A stretch of 63,978 nt of DNA, the filler included, from Octopus bimaculoides (Eukaryota), in assembly GCF_001194135.2 (NCBI RefSeq). It is 5 parts of 4 records of this genome, joined end to end, with 100 filler letters (N's around TTAATTAATTAA, not from the genome) between each part and the next. Parts side by side here need not be neighbours in the genome. Positions count along the whole stretch, not along the records: positions 1 to 30,212 come from NC_068985.1; 4 more parts are not named here. The stretch is one strand, 5' to 3'. The notes under the pieces were generated by a model that saw only the letters and a program-made list of their open reading frames with translations, ran no database searches and was not told the DNA's origin. Each line of letters begins with the position of its first letter. Position 1 is the first letter of the stretch. Below, in pieces: positions 13,113 to 26,565 of the stretch. A program made the position numbers and the translations under genes.

Positions 13113-13322
13113 GCGGCGAGCTGTCAGAATCGTTAGCACACCGGGTTAAATGCTTAGCGGTATTTCGTCTGTATTTATGTTCGGAGTTCAAATTCCGCCA
13201 ATGTTGATTTGCCTTTCATCCTTTCGGGGTCGATAAATTAAGTACCAGTTGCGTACTGATCAAATCGACTTGACCCTTCCCCCAAAATTTCGGGCCTTGT
13301 GCCTAGAGAATAAAAGAATGAT
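13113..13322 (+). mobile_element. SINE-1, near full length, alternative 3' tail
   Basis: GCGGCGAGCTGTCAGAATCGTTAGC, GGAGTTCAAATTCCGCC, CCTTTCATCCTTTCGGGGTCGATAAATTAAGTACCAG, tail GGGCCTTGTGCCTAGAGAATAAAAGAAT. Confidence 0.9.
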
Positions 13323-13862
13323 TTGCATTTCTTGCAGCGATCAATCAAAAATAATTTTCAGTTCCACGTGTAAGAATTCCTCGTGTTTCTACAATCAATG
13401 GTATTGTAACTGCAACGAGATCCCACATTTTACTTTTCACTTAAAGGATCAAATGTTTCTGCTTTCTGATCATGTCAAATACATTGGCGAGATATAATCA
13501 CAAGCAATACTCACGCTGATCAATAAATAAACTTCATTGCTTTGGTCTTTTAAAATACCGAGGCTATGTGATTTGATACTTTAATCTGTATGTACATCAT
13601 AATTATTATTATTATTGGTGCATGTTATTTTCAAGTTGTTTGGAATTTAATTTGGTTAATATTTCTTAGTACTTTCAAGATATTGAACAATTTTTTTCCA
13701 TAATCTCTATTTTTTTGTTTATTTCTGTCTCTGCAAATGTCACACCGAATGCAATAATTCTTGTACGTAATGGACAATTGAAATCCTTTAAAAATATTAT
13801 ATAAAATTAGTATCGTGTCTGTGATAAACAATAGCATATCTACAAACGAGATATGATTTTAA

Positions 13863-13933
<71 letters not shown>

Positions 13934-13968
13934 TAATAATAATAATAATGATAATGATAATAATAATG

Positions 13969-14066
<98 letters not shown>
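13863..14066. repeat. (AAT)n microsatellite
   Basis: Direct sequence. Confidence 0.95.
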
Positions 14067-14137
14067 NNNNNNNNNNNNNNNNNNNNNNNNNNNNNNNNNN
14101 NNNNNNNNNNNNNNNNNNNNNNNNNNNNNNNNNNNNN

Positions 14138-14436
14138 CTGGAAATAGAGATAACTCGAATGTGGAGTCTAAAAACAGAAACAATTCCTATCATAGTAGGT
14201 GCCTTAGGTATAATAAAAAAAATACTCAGACAAATACATAACAAAAATACCAGGACTTACAAATATATGTAACATACAGAAAATTGCACTACTGGGTACT
14301 GCACACATTCTACGCAAAACACTTTCAATACAGTAAACATAAAAGCACCACAGCAAACCACAGCACATACCCAAGGCGCACAGAGCTGCGCTCGGTAGTG
14401 AAGTGAAAGCACGTTATAAAAATAAAACTACTGAAC

Positions 14437-14440
<4 letters not shown>
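14138..14440 (+). mobile_element. R4/Dong-clade (RLE) non-LTR retrotransposon 3' end, copy 1
   Basis: Translation LEIEITRMWSLKTETIPIIVGALGII(fs)KYSDKYITKIPGLTNICNIQKIALLGTAHILRKTLSIQ* resembles the C-terminal RLE tail. Short 3' UTR, then (AAT)n. Confidence 0.8.
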
Positions 14441-14477
<37 letters not shown>

Positions 14478-14502
14478 AATAATGATAATAACACATAATG
14501 AA

Positions 14503-14905
<403 letters not shown>

Positions 14906-15199
14906 TCAATGTTGAAGAGAACTACATAAGTACTATTATGTCTTATAATTTTCTTTTTTATCATATGCTTGGTTTTAGTATTTTCATCGATAATTATATT
15001 AGAGAGACCTCGATAAATTACGGTTGAGAACCAGTAATTGAATGTAAAATATATATAATACGTTACAGTGCCTGTTGTATTTGACGGCGTAGACATGCTA
15101 AACATAATCGCCAGTCATAAGGTTACTGCAGGTACAGACAGCCAATTATGTAACTGAAAGCATCGTAGAACTGTAAGAGAAATGAATAATTGTTTTAGT

Positions 15200-15415
15200 C
15201 TTTTACTCTTTTACTTGTTTCAGTCTTTTTGACTGTGGCCATGCTGGAGCACCGCCTTTAGTCGAGCAAATCGACCCCAGGATTTATTCTTTAGAAGCCT
15301 GGTACTTATTCTATCGGTCTCTATTGCCGAACCGCTAGATTACGGGGACATAAACATACCAGCATCGGTTGTCAAGCGATGTTGGGGGGACAAACACAGA
15401 CACACAAACACACAT
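15200..15415 (-). mobile_element. SINE-2 3' half; gap begins in its internal microsatellite
   Basis: TTTCAGTCTTTTTGACTGTGGCCATGCTGGAGCACCGCC...GGGGGACAAACACAGACACAC. Confidence 0.9.
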
Positions 15416-16011
15416 NNNNNNNNNNNNNNNNNNNNNNNNNNNNNNNNNNNNNNNNNNNNNNNNNNNNNNNNNNNNNNNNNNNNNNNNNNNNNNNNNNNNN
15501 NNNNNNNNNNNNNNNNNNNNNNNNNNNNNNNNNNNNNNNNNNNNNNNNNNNNNNNNNNNNNNNNNNNNNNNNNNNNNNNNNNNNNNNNNNNNNNNNNNNN
15601 NNNNNNNNNNNNNNNNNNNNNNNNNNNNNNNNNNNNNNNNNNNNNNNNNNNNNNNNNNNNNNNNNNNNNNNNNNNNNNNNNNNNNNNNNNNNNNNNNNNN
15701 NNNNNNNNNNNNNNNNNNNNNNNNNNNNNNNNNNNNNNNNNNNNNNNNNNNNNNNNNNNNNNNNNNNNNNNNNNNNNNNNNNNNNNNNNNNNNNNNNNNN
15801 NNNNNNNNNNNNNNNNNNNNNNNNNNNNNNNNNNNNNNNNNNNNNNNNNNNNNNNNNNNNNNNNNNNNNNNNNNNNNNNNNNNNNNNNNNNNNNNNNNNN
15901 NNNNNNNNNNNNNNNNNNNNNNNNNNNNNNNNNNNNNNNNNNNNNNNNNNNNNNNNNNNNNNNNNNNNNNNNNNNNNNNNNNNNNNNNNNNNNNNNNNNN
16001 NNNNNNNNNNN

Positions 16012-16043
<32 letters not shown>

Positions 16044-19000
16044 TATGTGTGTGCATGTATATATATATATATATGCATATATATATACATCCACATATAT
16101 ATGTGTGTGTATGTATATATGTATATATTTCATATATCAATGTCTCCGGCAATCATCCGAAATCTACTATTGATAACTATGTTATTGACATTCCCATCAG
16201 AATATCTAACTTGGCCGCGGACTAGGAGATTCCTGACCAACATGCACTAGTATATAACACTGCTCTGAAAATTAAAATCTCATATATACCTAACACGAGA
16301 CCTTAGAACAAACTGGATGGTCTACCACCTGGCCATGTCGCAGAAAGTTTCGCGAGCGCAATGCATTAACTGATTGCAACCAATGCAAGCAATGCGTTAG
16401 ATACGAAGAGATTTTAGGGATAGATATATTGGTAGCAAAATAGTACCTGTGAGGAGATATGTAAAATCAAGAACTCACGCTCGAGAAAGCGGGAAGATAT
16501 CTGTTTACCCCGACATTTATATTAAGAAATTTTCTTATGTTGTGTTTTAAGATTCTGAGAAAGAATTTCCCAAAGAATCGTAAGTACTAAACCATCTGCA
16601 ACAAATATCCATTAAATTATCTTACTCCGTAATTCCGTATTTGGCTCCCATTATTGCATCTGTAACCTATAGAACTCCTTTATCAAATAATCATTGCGAT
16701 GTGGAATATGTAAAATCCGTCAACTGGACGAAACAGTAATAATCATAAATAGAAACACGGGTAAAATTAAATGCTTCTTCTAACCATTTATGTTCCTTTT
16801 AGAAACGCTAGTTCTGAACATCGTTGATTTTCATATTTTTTCATTCAATACCATGGGTTCTGTTTTGAATATCGGAGTTCAACATCTACGCACAATTGCG
16901 GACTACTCTTGCATCCATAGCACTTACCAGTTCAACGGAAAACCAACCAACATATATCTTCACTAAGCATATATACTGCCATTATGCAGGGTGCAAATTT
17001 CTTTAATAAATATTGAACTATGCATCATAGATTTACATCTACCAATAATTTATGTTACCCCATTTTCTCAAGCATCACAACACGCTGATATTTATGTGTT
17101 AAAAATCTGCGTTGGAAATTGATATAAATGACTTCAGCTGCGAGTTTATTTTGTATTATATTTAGGTAAAATTTTCTCCTCTCTGCACATTATACACCAC
17201 CAAATTTAAATCGAAATAAACGTGTCTCAGTATTTTGCAATTCATTTCTTATAATTATTTGCAAATATGTACGTTCCGTATTACAGAGAGGAAATTACAT
17301 ACGTACATACACACACACACACACACACACACACCCACACCCCCCCACACACACGCACACACACACATATATNNNNNNNNNNNNNNNNNNNNNNNNNNNN
17401 NNNNNNNNNNNNNNNNNNNNNNNNNNNNNNNNNNNNNNNNNNNNNNNNNNNNNNNNNNNNNNNNNNNNNNATATATATATATATATATATACGAAGCAGT
17501 TAAATTATTTGCAATGAACATAATTTAATTGCATTATTCTTACGTTTCAGTAAGTTCAAAGAAAAACTAATTACCAGGAATGCTTTTATTCAATAAAATG
17601 TAAATGTTGCACGCTGATTTTAAAGTACATAAAGCATTCAATTAGTTCACTTAATTTCAAGAAATATGGCATCTAGAATTACAATGTGATTACAGACATA
17701 CACAAATAAACACGCACATACTCAAGCACGCAAAAAATATATATTTAAGCATGTTGGCTTTTGTGTATGTATGTATGTATTCGTACGTGCTTCTCTATTT
17801 GCATGTATTTGCCTGGAGATATTTGAATGCGAGGCTCAATAAAGAAGTATGAATAATATGTTCGTGTACTTATTAGAAACACAAATAACTGCGGTTGTCC
17901 ACGTTAATACAAATATGAATCATATGACAACAAGGATGCTGGAGGATCTTTTGTGCTGATTATTTAAACACTAGTTTAAGGTGGAAAATTCTTCAGAAAT
18001 GTACAAAAACGTTTACTAATTCCATTATATCCTTCCTTTCAAAATGCTTAGAAATCTCACAATTTTAGATTGAATTCCTTTGCTTAAAAAATGCGTGCCG
18101 AGACTTTGCTTGCCATTATTGACTCCTGTAGAAATATCTCATCAAATATGCCACTAATGTATTAATTCTAAAACCCTAAATTGTTTGCAATGTGTGTTTC
18201 TGCTCACATTTTCTTATCAGGATTCTTGATTATTCATTTCAGTCAACTTAACACATTTAATGAATTATTATAAAAGTAGTGGTCAGCATGGTTGTGTAAC
18301 ATTGCTTGCCTGTGCATAATTCAGTGCAGCTAACATTCTCTTAGATTAACGAATTCTGATAAACATTTCAAAGACAAATGCATGAACTATACCATTTCAA
18401 ACCCGAATAGAAACTGAAAACCGACGACATTAAATATTCTCATAGAGATGATTTCACTCTGCCTAACTTCATGAGCACCATACCGATGACCGTGTAAAAT
18501 ATGAAAATATTTTCTGCTGCACCCAGTATTTAATATTATTTCCTCACATGGTCACTATGATGGACATAAAACATCTATATCAACATTATGATGAACACAA
18601 TGTTGATAAAGAGGATAATCCTAATGAAAGTTTATTGTGTTTTTCTCTTTAAATTTATTGATTGTCGCATAATAAAATATTTATCATTTTACTATTTTCT
18701 ACGTTTATTTACCTTGCTATTTTACTTGACAAATTACTTGCAAATGAAATGTGTGGGAATAATGTGTGAAATGTCTTACGTTGATAATAAATGTTTGGTA
18801 TTAAACTGTTGTTCAAATATTGTTGTTGTCTCGTGCAATATTACCCTATTTTCTTCTGTAGGGTCTCTCCGAGAATCTTCCTAGTGCAATAACAGTCGTT
18901 AGCTAACTTGAGGAAATGTAGCGTCTAATGTAATTTTCAACATCGATATGACAATATGGTGAACGTTCCTTCTAGAATTATTACGGGAAAACTTGTAGTC

Positions 19001-19145
19001 CGATCCCTTACCCTACTTAACTTATTCTAAATGAATTGAGATAATCGTTCTGCTTTGGCTTTGATTTTCCTTCTAAAATGATATATTTAAAAGTATGTAT
19101 GCATGTATGAATGTTTAGATATATGCATAAAACGAGATAAAGGAA

Positions 19146-19180
19146 GAGACACAGGAAGACGAATTGAGAGAGAGAGAGAG

Positions 19181-19226
<46 letters not shown>

Positions 19227-19228
19227 TG
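19146..19228. repeat. (GA)n microsatellite
   Basis: Direct sequence. Confidence 0.9.
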
Positions 19229-19251
19229 AAAAGATTACATAGACAAATTTA

Positions 19252-19555
19252 CTCCGTCGGTTACGATGATGACGGTCCCAGGTGATACATAGCTTGCTCC
19301 TGTAATTAACGTGAAAATGACTTAGCATTACACAGACACGTGTACCTTTAACGCAGTTCTTAGGGCGATTCAGCGTGACACAGAGTGTGCCAAGGCTGGT
19401 CCTTTCAAATACAGGTACTACTCATTTTGTCAGATGAGTGAACTGGAGCAACGTGAAATAAAGTGCCTTGCTCAAGGACACAACGCGTCGCCAGGAATTG
19501 AACTCATGACCTTACAATCGTGAGCCGAATGCCCTAACCTCTAAGCCACGCACCT
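19252..19555 (-). mobile_element. SINE-3 (tRNA-derived)
   Basis: Minus strand AGGTGCGTGGCTTAGAGGTTAGGGC (A-box), GAGTTCAATTCC (B-box), TGTGTCCTTGAGCAAGGCAC. Homologous to 39270-39588. Confidence 0.85.
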
Positions 19556-20374
19556 GAACGCATAATCAAATACATAAGTACGCATATATGTATTTTTGTA
19601 TATATGCAAGTAAGTATTCATGTACGTATACCTACATGTGTTCTGTTGTGTATGTATATATATATATATATGTGTGTTGTGTACAGCAATGCCATGTTAA
19701 TAAACTAGAAGTGATACAATAATTCACATTTCCTCGTTACATTCCCATGTTATATTTAAGACCGTTAAACAATTCTTATTTTAACGACAATAAATTTTTC
19801 TTACCAATCATATTTATTGCCTCCTCCGAATATATTCGCCATATCTATTGATTACATCTAATCTCTCTAGAGGTATTTCAGCTGAATTTATTTGTATCAT
19901 TACATGGTAACTGATTATTGTATACTGCACGTTGATTTTGGGAAATATCATAAAATTTCGTAATATATTCCTGATTTATGTCTTTGACAATTTTAATAAA
20001 TATACCAATTTATCTAATTTTCACTTTCGTTTTTATGTTGCGCGCGAATGCTACATATAGTTCGAACACAGCTAGCAAAACATTATGTCTTACATATTAT
20101 TCGTTCTCTTTATCTGCATGTTTAATCTAATTGTAATTAGCTTCCACAGTACTTTTCTGTACATGTAATAGGTGTGATACAATTGGTAATACTACGCAGT
20201 AATGATGAAGATCATGATGATCATGATGAAGACGGCGATAACGATGATGTTGATGATGATTAAAATGATGATCATTTTTATAATAATAATAGTTGCAGTG
20301 CCAGGCAATGACTCGCATGGCTTCTAATCATATATGATTGCAAGTGTTATCATGTATATGCTTTATATTCGTAT

Positions 20375-20700
20375 GCAATTAGGGCAATTAGTACCAGAGG
20401 TTTGATTGTCAGTTGCTTGACCTTAACCATCTGAGTATCTCTCCTGGTGTGTTTGATCATGTGTATGTTTTATCACGCGCAAGCGTAGTGGGGGGGGGGC
20501 TCAGTGTCATGGGTTGAGACAAATTCTTTGGTTTTTGAAAAATTCACCTCTGGAAACATGCTCGTTTTGTTCCAAACACTTAAACACCAGTTATTGACAG
20601 ATATTTTGAGCGGGTGGGGCTACTTAACCTAAAGAAAATTCTAACTGGGCCCCACCCGCAAACTCATCTATTGTTTATTTTGATATAAGATCAACATATC
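20375..20700. repeat. Unclassified interspersed-repeat-like segment with an 11-bp perfect GC stem
   Basis: GCGGGTGGGGC (20610-20620) pairs with GCCCCACCCGC (20649-20659). Repeat status rests on recollection of octopus repeats only. Confidence 0.4.
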
Positions 20701-20793
20701 ACGCACAAGTAGTTCCGATGCATGTGCCTGCTGTATATCTTCGTATATGTGCACCTCAGTGTCATTTTGATTACATGAATTTCTCTCTCACTC

Positions 20794-20833
<40 letters not shown>

Positions 20834-20896
20834 TTTTAACATGAGAAGGCCGACGTCTTAAAACTGATAATTCTTAGAGGAAAAAACACAACAACA

Positions 20897-21215
20897 TGGA
20901 AAGAGAAAACAATGTACGGTCAGATTCGATGAGATACGAACTCCAAGACAGATACAGATGACCGGTGGTTATGGATGAGATAGAGTGACCTGAAGATAGA
21001 GACATACGCGCTTTTATGCGCAGCTCAAGATCAAGCGTTAGGGAATAACAATATGAAGTGCAGATTCGGCAACGCTACCGACAGCGACAAATACAGAATG
21101 TTTGAAAAGAGGTGCGAAACGATATGGCTCATCGTTAGCGATTGTAAAAGACACCATGACAGTGTGACAAGAATGATCCATTGAGAGCTCCGTAGAAATG
21201 ATGACCTACAAAAAA
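20897..21215 (+). mobile_element. R4/Dong-clade ORF fragment (post-RT region, decayed CCHC knuckle)
   Basis: WKEKTMYGQIR*DTNSKTDTDDRWLWMR*SDLKIETYALLCAAQDQALGNNNMKCRFGNATDSDKYRMFEKRCETIWLIVSDCKRHHDSVTRMIH*EL. Preceded by (AAT)n at ~20793-20833. Confidence 0.8.
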
Positions 21216-22590
21216 TAAATATGTGGAAAATCCCGTTATTAAAATGCGAATGTTTGCTAAGCATGGAATACGAGACACCCAAGTCGGTGATCCAAATAGC
21301 GACGTTGAGTACTTCTCCATCTTCATATCCACCCACCCGGACTGGTGAAAATCACCTTAACGAGGACATCACATCTTTATTTTGGCTCTAAAATTGGTCA
21401 AACACCTATTTCCGAACCTTCTACACTGTTACTGAAGTTCGTATATTTGTTGAATTAAAACCAAACGATTTATTAATATTTATATCATTATTGTGCTACA
21501 TTTTGCTACATGTATTCATTCATTAACATATTCAACACTCTTATTCGACTCTCATTTTTGTGGAATTCCTCTATTTTTATCAATAATTTCGGCTGATCGG
21601 TCTCACTTCATAAATTTAAAAGTTCTTTCACAGTTTAACATTGAGTAATATTTTATTTCTTTAAAGGGGGTCAACACTTCGCTCCTGCAGACAAATGCAT
21701 TTGTGCGTGAGGATAATAGCGATGACCTATCTATTTATAAATTTCTATAGATTTTTGAGAAAAGGCATAAGAGTATTTTAAGTCCTTCTTTAAAAGTGTT
21801 AAGTAAAAATGCCTCAGTTACATCTATTTACCTGTTTAGCATGCGTTACGTCTATTTAAGAGTCAAGTTCTGTGATTTTGTTTGTTGGACAATCTCCACG
21901 AAAGCAGTTCAGCACCTATGATATAGTATGGTCCATTGAAGTAAACTCGATATTCGGTCAAGAAGGCTTTCTCCATTCCAATATTAACAGAGCAAACTTT
22001 TTCTTTTCCATTTTCCCATGTATATCTAATGCGTTTCAGAATATCATTTCAAAATATCCAAATTCTACATAGCATTTTCTAGCATTTATTGTTTACATAA
22101 TGTATTTTGCAATGCTATCGGAGATCAATATCAAATATCCCTATACACCAATCAATACAGTATAATTGTACCAATTTTATAGAATAGGTCTAGCAATAAC
22201 TTATAAACAACTGGTCTTTGTCTGAGAATATTCATTTTCAATAGCATATTGCAATCCCAGTCGGTGTCAGAGAGTCGTTAATCATTCTGTATAATTCAGA
22301 AAGTGAAATAATGCTGTTTCCATTGCAAGGCACGTGATTCGACTGATTCATAGCTGTATTCGATACGTTTCATTACACTAACAGTTCAAATGATGGTCAT
22401 AGTCGCCAGGAAGTCAGTTCTAACAGTACAAACCATACACACATTTCAAAATACATAAAACGTATACATCAACATATACGTAAACACACACACACGTATA
22501 AAGCTATGTGTATATGCGTGTATATGTATATTCACGTATATACACGTATTATATACGTTCTATATATATATATCAGATATAATATGTGTT

Positions 22591-22631
<41 letters not shown>

Positions 22632-22641
22632 NNNNNNNNNN

Positions 22642-22678
<37 letters not shown>

Positions 22679-22734
22679 TGTGTGTAAGTATAATATATAT
22701 ATATGCATGTATGTATGCATGTATATATATACTC

Positions 22735-23345
22735 GGTGTTGAACATTTGCGAGCCCTTGAAACCCACACTATTGCAGTACTGTGTCCATATTTTAGATGA
22801 GGAAGACGGCATCTTTAGTATGATGCAATGCCATCCAGTTCAAGAATTGGTGTTGCTGTGAATTCCAAAATTGGGAGCTAAACGATTCATGATTTTCTAA
22901 CTAAATATCATCGCATATCTCTCTCGTCTACTCTCCAGGAAATAGAGACTCACCTTCTTTAGCATCTCCCAGTAGCCCACTTTTTGCATCGAGTCAATCT
23001 TCCGTTTGAATTGGCACTGGCTACTTCCAGTTCTACAGTTTGTTCCACACTCTCTGGGGACCGTAGTTGGGAGCAATAGTCCAAGCGGCAGAGACCGAAA
23101 ATCTTCCATAGGAGTAGCTGGGCTTCGCTTTTCCTGGTTCATAAAGTCCTCAGAATTCATCCAGCCACTCACGTACACGGTGTTGCCATCTTGGTGATAT
23201 ACTCATGAAACGTTGCATCGTTGGTCATGTGAACCCCCAGGTCACGCACCGACTCTGACTCTGGGATTATAATACCTTGCGTTCCAGTGTATTCCTATTT
23301 TAGACTGGCATTGGAGCTATACTGTCCACGTCAGGTTTTACAGCA
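22735..23345 (-). mobile_element. CR1-like LINE, RT C-terminal fragment (stops and frameshifts)
   Basis: IIPESESVRDLGVHMTNDATFHEYI...GWILRT...RLDYCSQL...YWEMLKKVSLYFLESRRERYAMIF...TQYCNSVGFKGSQMFN. Confidence 0.85.
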
Positions 23346-23539
23346 TATGTAACGTTAATAGAGAATTGAGCAGCAGTCATGGTGTCGGCAATTTGATATA
23401 TTGTCGGGAATCATGACTATACAGATAACTCTTTTCCAACATTCAGATGAATTCCAGTTTTTCATGTCAGCGAAATTTTCCCACCTGTAACCTTCAATTG
23501 CTCACCTGTACATCTATCTCTTCTAGATAAAAAGAAACA

Positions 23540-24404
23540 TACGTGATCTGATCAATAAGTATCAGGTCTGTTCTCACAGTAACAAAGCTAAAGCACAGAG
23601 AGTGACGCGACTTGGCACAGACTGAACGTGAACTCTGTTGTGCATGCACACTAAGTTTTAACTTACTACTGCTGTTTACCACAGTGCTTGGAAGTAACGA
23701 ATGTAGCGTGTGTTCGTTGCATTGACCATTGCAGAGAAAGTTGAGCTGCGTATATTCATCAAATTTGCCAAAATCTTGGTGATACCTGCTCAGAGACCTA
23801 CACAATGTTTTCAAAAACTTTTAATCGTTCTCGACACTATCAAGGACATTTTGTGCAACTGACACCCGAGTGTCTCCTTGGTCAGCTGAAAGCAGTTTTG
23901 TCACAAACTTGGCAGACACACGTCACATACCTAAATCATCAGTGATAATGGACTCACAGCTGCTGCACGAACATCCGCAATGTTTTTCTCAGTTATGCTG
24001 GTTGCAGGTGTACCAGACGGTTTGCCACTATCGACATCGTTTCGGCCATGGTGGAAACGTCTGAACTACTCGTATATTTGTGTGCGGCTCATAAACCTCT
24101 CTCCATACACTTTCTCCGACTTTGCGTAGGCCTCTGAGAAGGTATCGGTATGACAACGTTCTCTGTCATAGTCAATGCGACGATCACACATTACACATGT
24201 TAAGTCGATGCACTGATGCAAGCAACAGAAGTGAGTTACAACCTTAAGACTTAATGCATGTGCACGGCAGGGTTGAAGGTTGTTTACTAAGAGGCTTTAA
24301 TCTGCGTGCTTTAATCTGCGTGCTTTAATTTGCGTGCTTTAATCTGCGTGATTTAGCTTCGTTACTATGCCAACAGTCCGGATACGTATTGATCAGACCG
24401 CGTA
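23540..24404. mobile_element. Mariner-derived non-autonomous element made of two inverted 5' halves, TA TSD
   Basis: 31-bp TIRs 23542-23572 and 24372-24402 (26/31 identical), flanked by TA. Both arms carry mariner N-terminal coding remnants reading inward. Confidence 0.85.
24294..24349. repeat. 14-bp tandem repeat x4 (GCTTTAATCTGCGT) inside the mariner right arm
   Basis: Direct sequence, one substitution in unit 3. Confidence 0.9.
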
Positions 24405-26529
24405 AAAATCATCAAGTTTTGACCGAGCACCCTACATTTCCGTTTCCCTTATGTCCTCCAGCTTATGTATTGAAGGTTCATTTCGGTAAGACAAGATATA
24501 TTTGATCATATTGTATATGCGTTCATTAAGCTGTGCTTTAACACATTTAAATATTGAATACTGTGATCATGGAAGAAAATCAAGTTTCAGCTAAACTTTT
24601 CTTTGCAGGAAATCAAGATATCGTTTCAAGTATTTTTCGATTAAGGTATTCTGCAATATCTTTCCATTCGCATTGCATGCTATAATTTGTCTCCGATCAT
24701 ATTGCCGAGATAATTTATTTTGTATGATATAACATAATTTGCATATTTAAATGTAAACCTTCTATACATGTGGGAATATTTTCATGGTTATACAGATTCA
24801 GTTCTATTCGTACAGTTATCTGCGAAGGCTTTGTCATCGCCCTTATTTCATTAAAACTTTGGTTTTTATTACATCAATCGTGATGTGAAATAGTAAATGT
24901 CCTCTTAGTATATCCGCGAATTCTAAATGGCTAACACGTTGTTTCAAATTGTCATTTACACGTTCACTTTGGACATTGGCTGTAATTTTCTGGGCACACA
25001 CTGATCCAAACGTACACAGGTTTGCTAAAATACGACAGAGGAACTGTACTGGTCAATTTGATTATTGTTTCATGGGAAAGATTTTAAAAAATGATTGAAA
25101 TGATGTACGCAATTGATTAATTCCGATGAAGATTGATATGGAAAGTTAGTATTTATTGTTTTTTGAGGGAACCCAAAGTAGTCAGGCTATTGAGCTCATG
25201 GTTAGCGTTATTTTCAATGAAGAAACACAACATACAAAGAACCAGTAGAGCTGTACGTGACTTGCTTTAAATGAAATAGGAAGATGCGAACATTTTAGTT
25301 TCATGTTAGAATGATAGAGGACGAAACGAAATATAAGACAAGACGAGAATAATTGAAGTGGTTTAGAATAAAACGCAATTTTTCGGGAATATGTGACAGA
25401 GAATGGTACATAGTAGGAAGGGAAATGCAGAGAGAATAATCGAAGCTAGAGTATATCAGAGGGAATGAGGACGAGGAAGAGAGGAAGGAAAATAGAGATG
25501 ACGAAATGTTAAGTCTCAAAGAGAATATTCTAAACATTCTTGAAAATAAGTTACTTACTTTACAAGCAATATTTAAAATGGATGGCAAGGACTAACAGAA
25601 TAGACAGAGATACACAAGCGGATGTAAATATGTGTGTGTGCGCGCGTGCGTGCATGCGTGTGTGAGTGTCTGTGTGCATCGCAGTCACATGACTGAAACA
25701 ACAAAAATAATATGCACGTGCCTATACGGGTGACTCTCCTTATATGTCAATGTTCCCTTTTACCCCGACCAAATGAGAACAAATGTCGTACGTGACCAGT
25801 TCTGTTTCTATTACACTAAAGCACATTTGATATACACTATATCCTTCAGTTTTTCACAATTCTGTAGCCTAAAACTTACCCAATACAACAATCATGAGTT
25901 CACCTGAACGGCAGATCATTGTTGAGTCGGATATTGCTAAAACACCATACGATATGATATTTATAAGAAGAAATTATGTAGCACAAAAAGACTGTTATAT
26001 TATATTTTATGCTTACAAATGTTCTTAATGTTCTCGTTAAACCAATTAAATGCTAGATTCCAATTTTGGTTGACACAAATTTTTGCTTTATTTGAGAAAA
26101 TATTGTTATTTTATTCATGTGTTGTGAGCATTATTCTTATTGCTTCAACGATGTGTAGTTTAATGGAGGAAATTTAATGTTTTAATATGTGTTTCGATTG
26201 TTTTCTTATTACGAATAACTTTTCTACGAATGACGTGTCCTGCAGACAATATGTCTACGGAAAACTGTGTGGTATTTAATTGAATTTCGTTCACTTCCGA
26301 TTGTTATGACTAGACACTCATATAATCGAAAAGCAGAATACATTTTAATGATATATGCGTGCCATAACTACATATAGGAAATGTCGTGGAAATAATTATA
26401 TACATTGTAAATTGAGGCAGGTAAAAAAACAAAAAAATCATAAACGGCTGACTATCTTACTAAGAATAGAAATTTGTGTATATTTGAAACTGCCGATAAA
26501 AGTTCTGAGACAATATGGAAAAGGCTATG

Positions 26530-26565
26530 TAGATGAGGTCCAATATGAACCGAAACACGTACGCT
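26530..26565 (+). ncRNA. Degenerate minimal type I hammerhead-ribozyme-like motif
   Basis: TAGATGA-GGTCC-AATAT-GAACC-GAAA-CACG-TA. Core 5' bases mutated, stem I weak. Confidence 0.35.

Noticed and set aside
25300-25560. Purine-rich stretch resembling an RTE C-terminus (LKWF…GRGR)
   Set aside because: Too degenerate to distinguish from low-complexity sequence without an HMM search.
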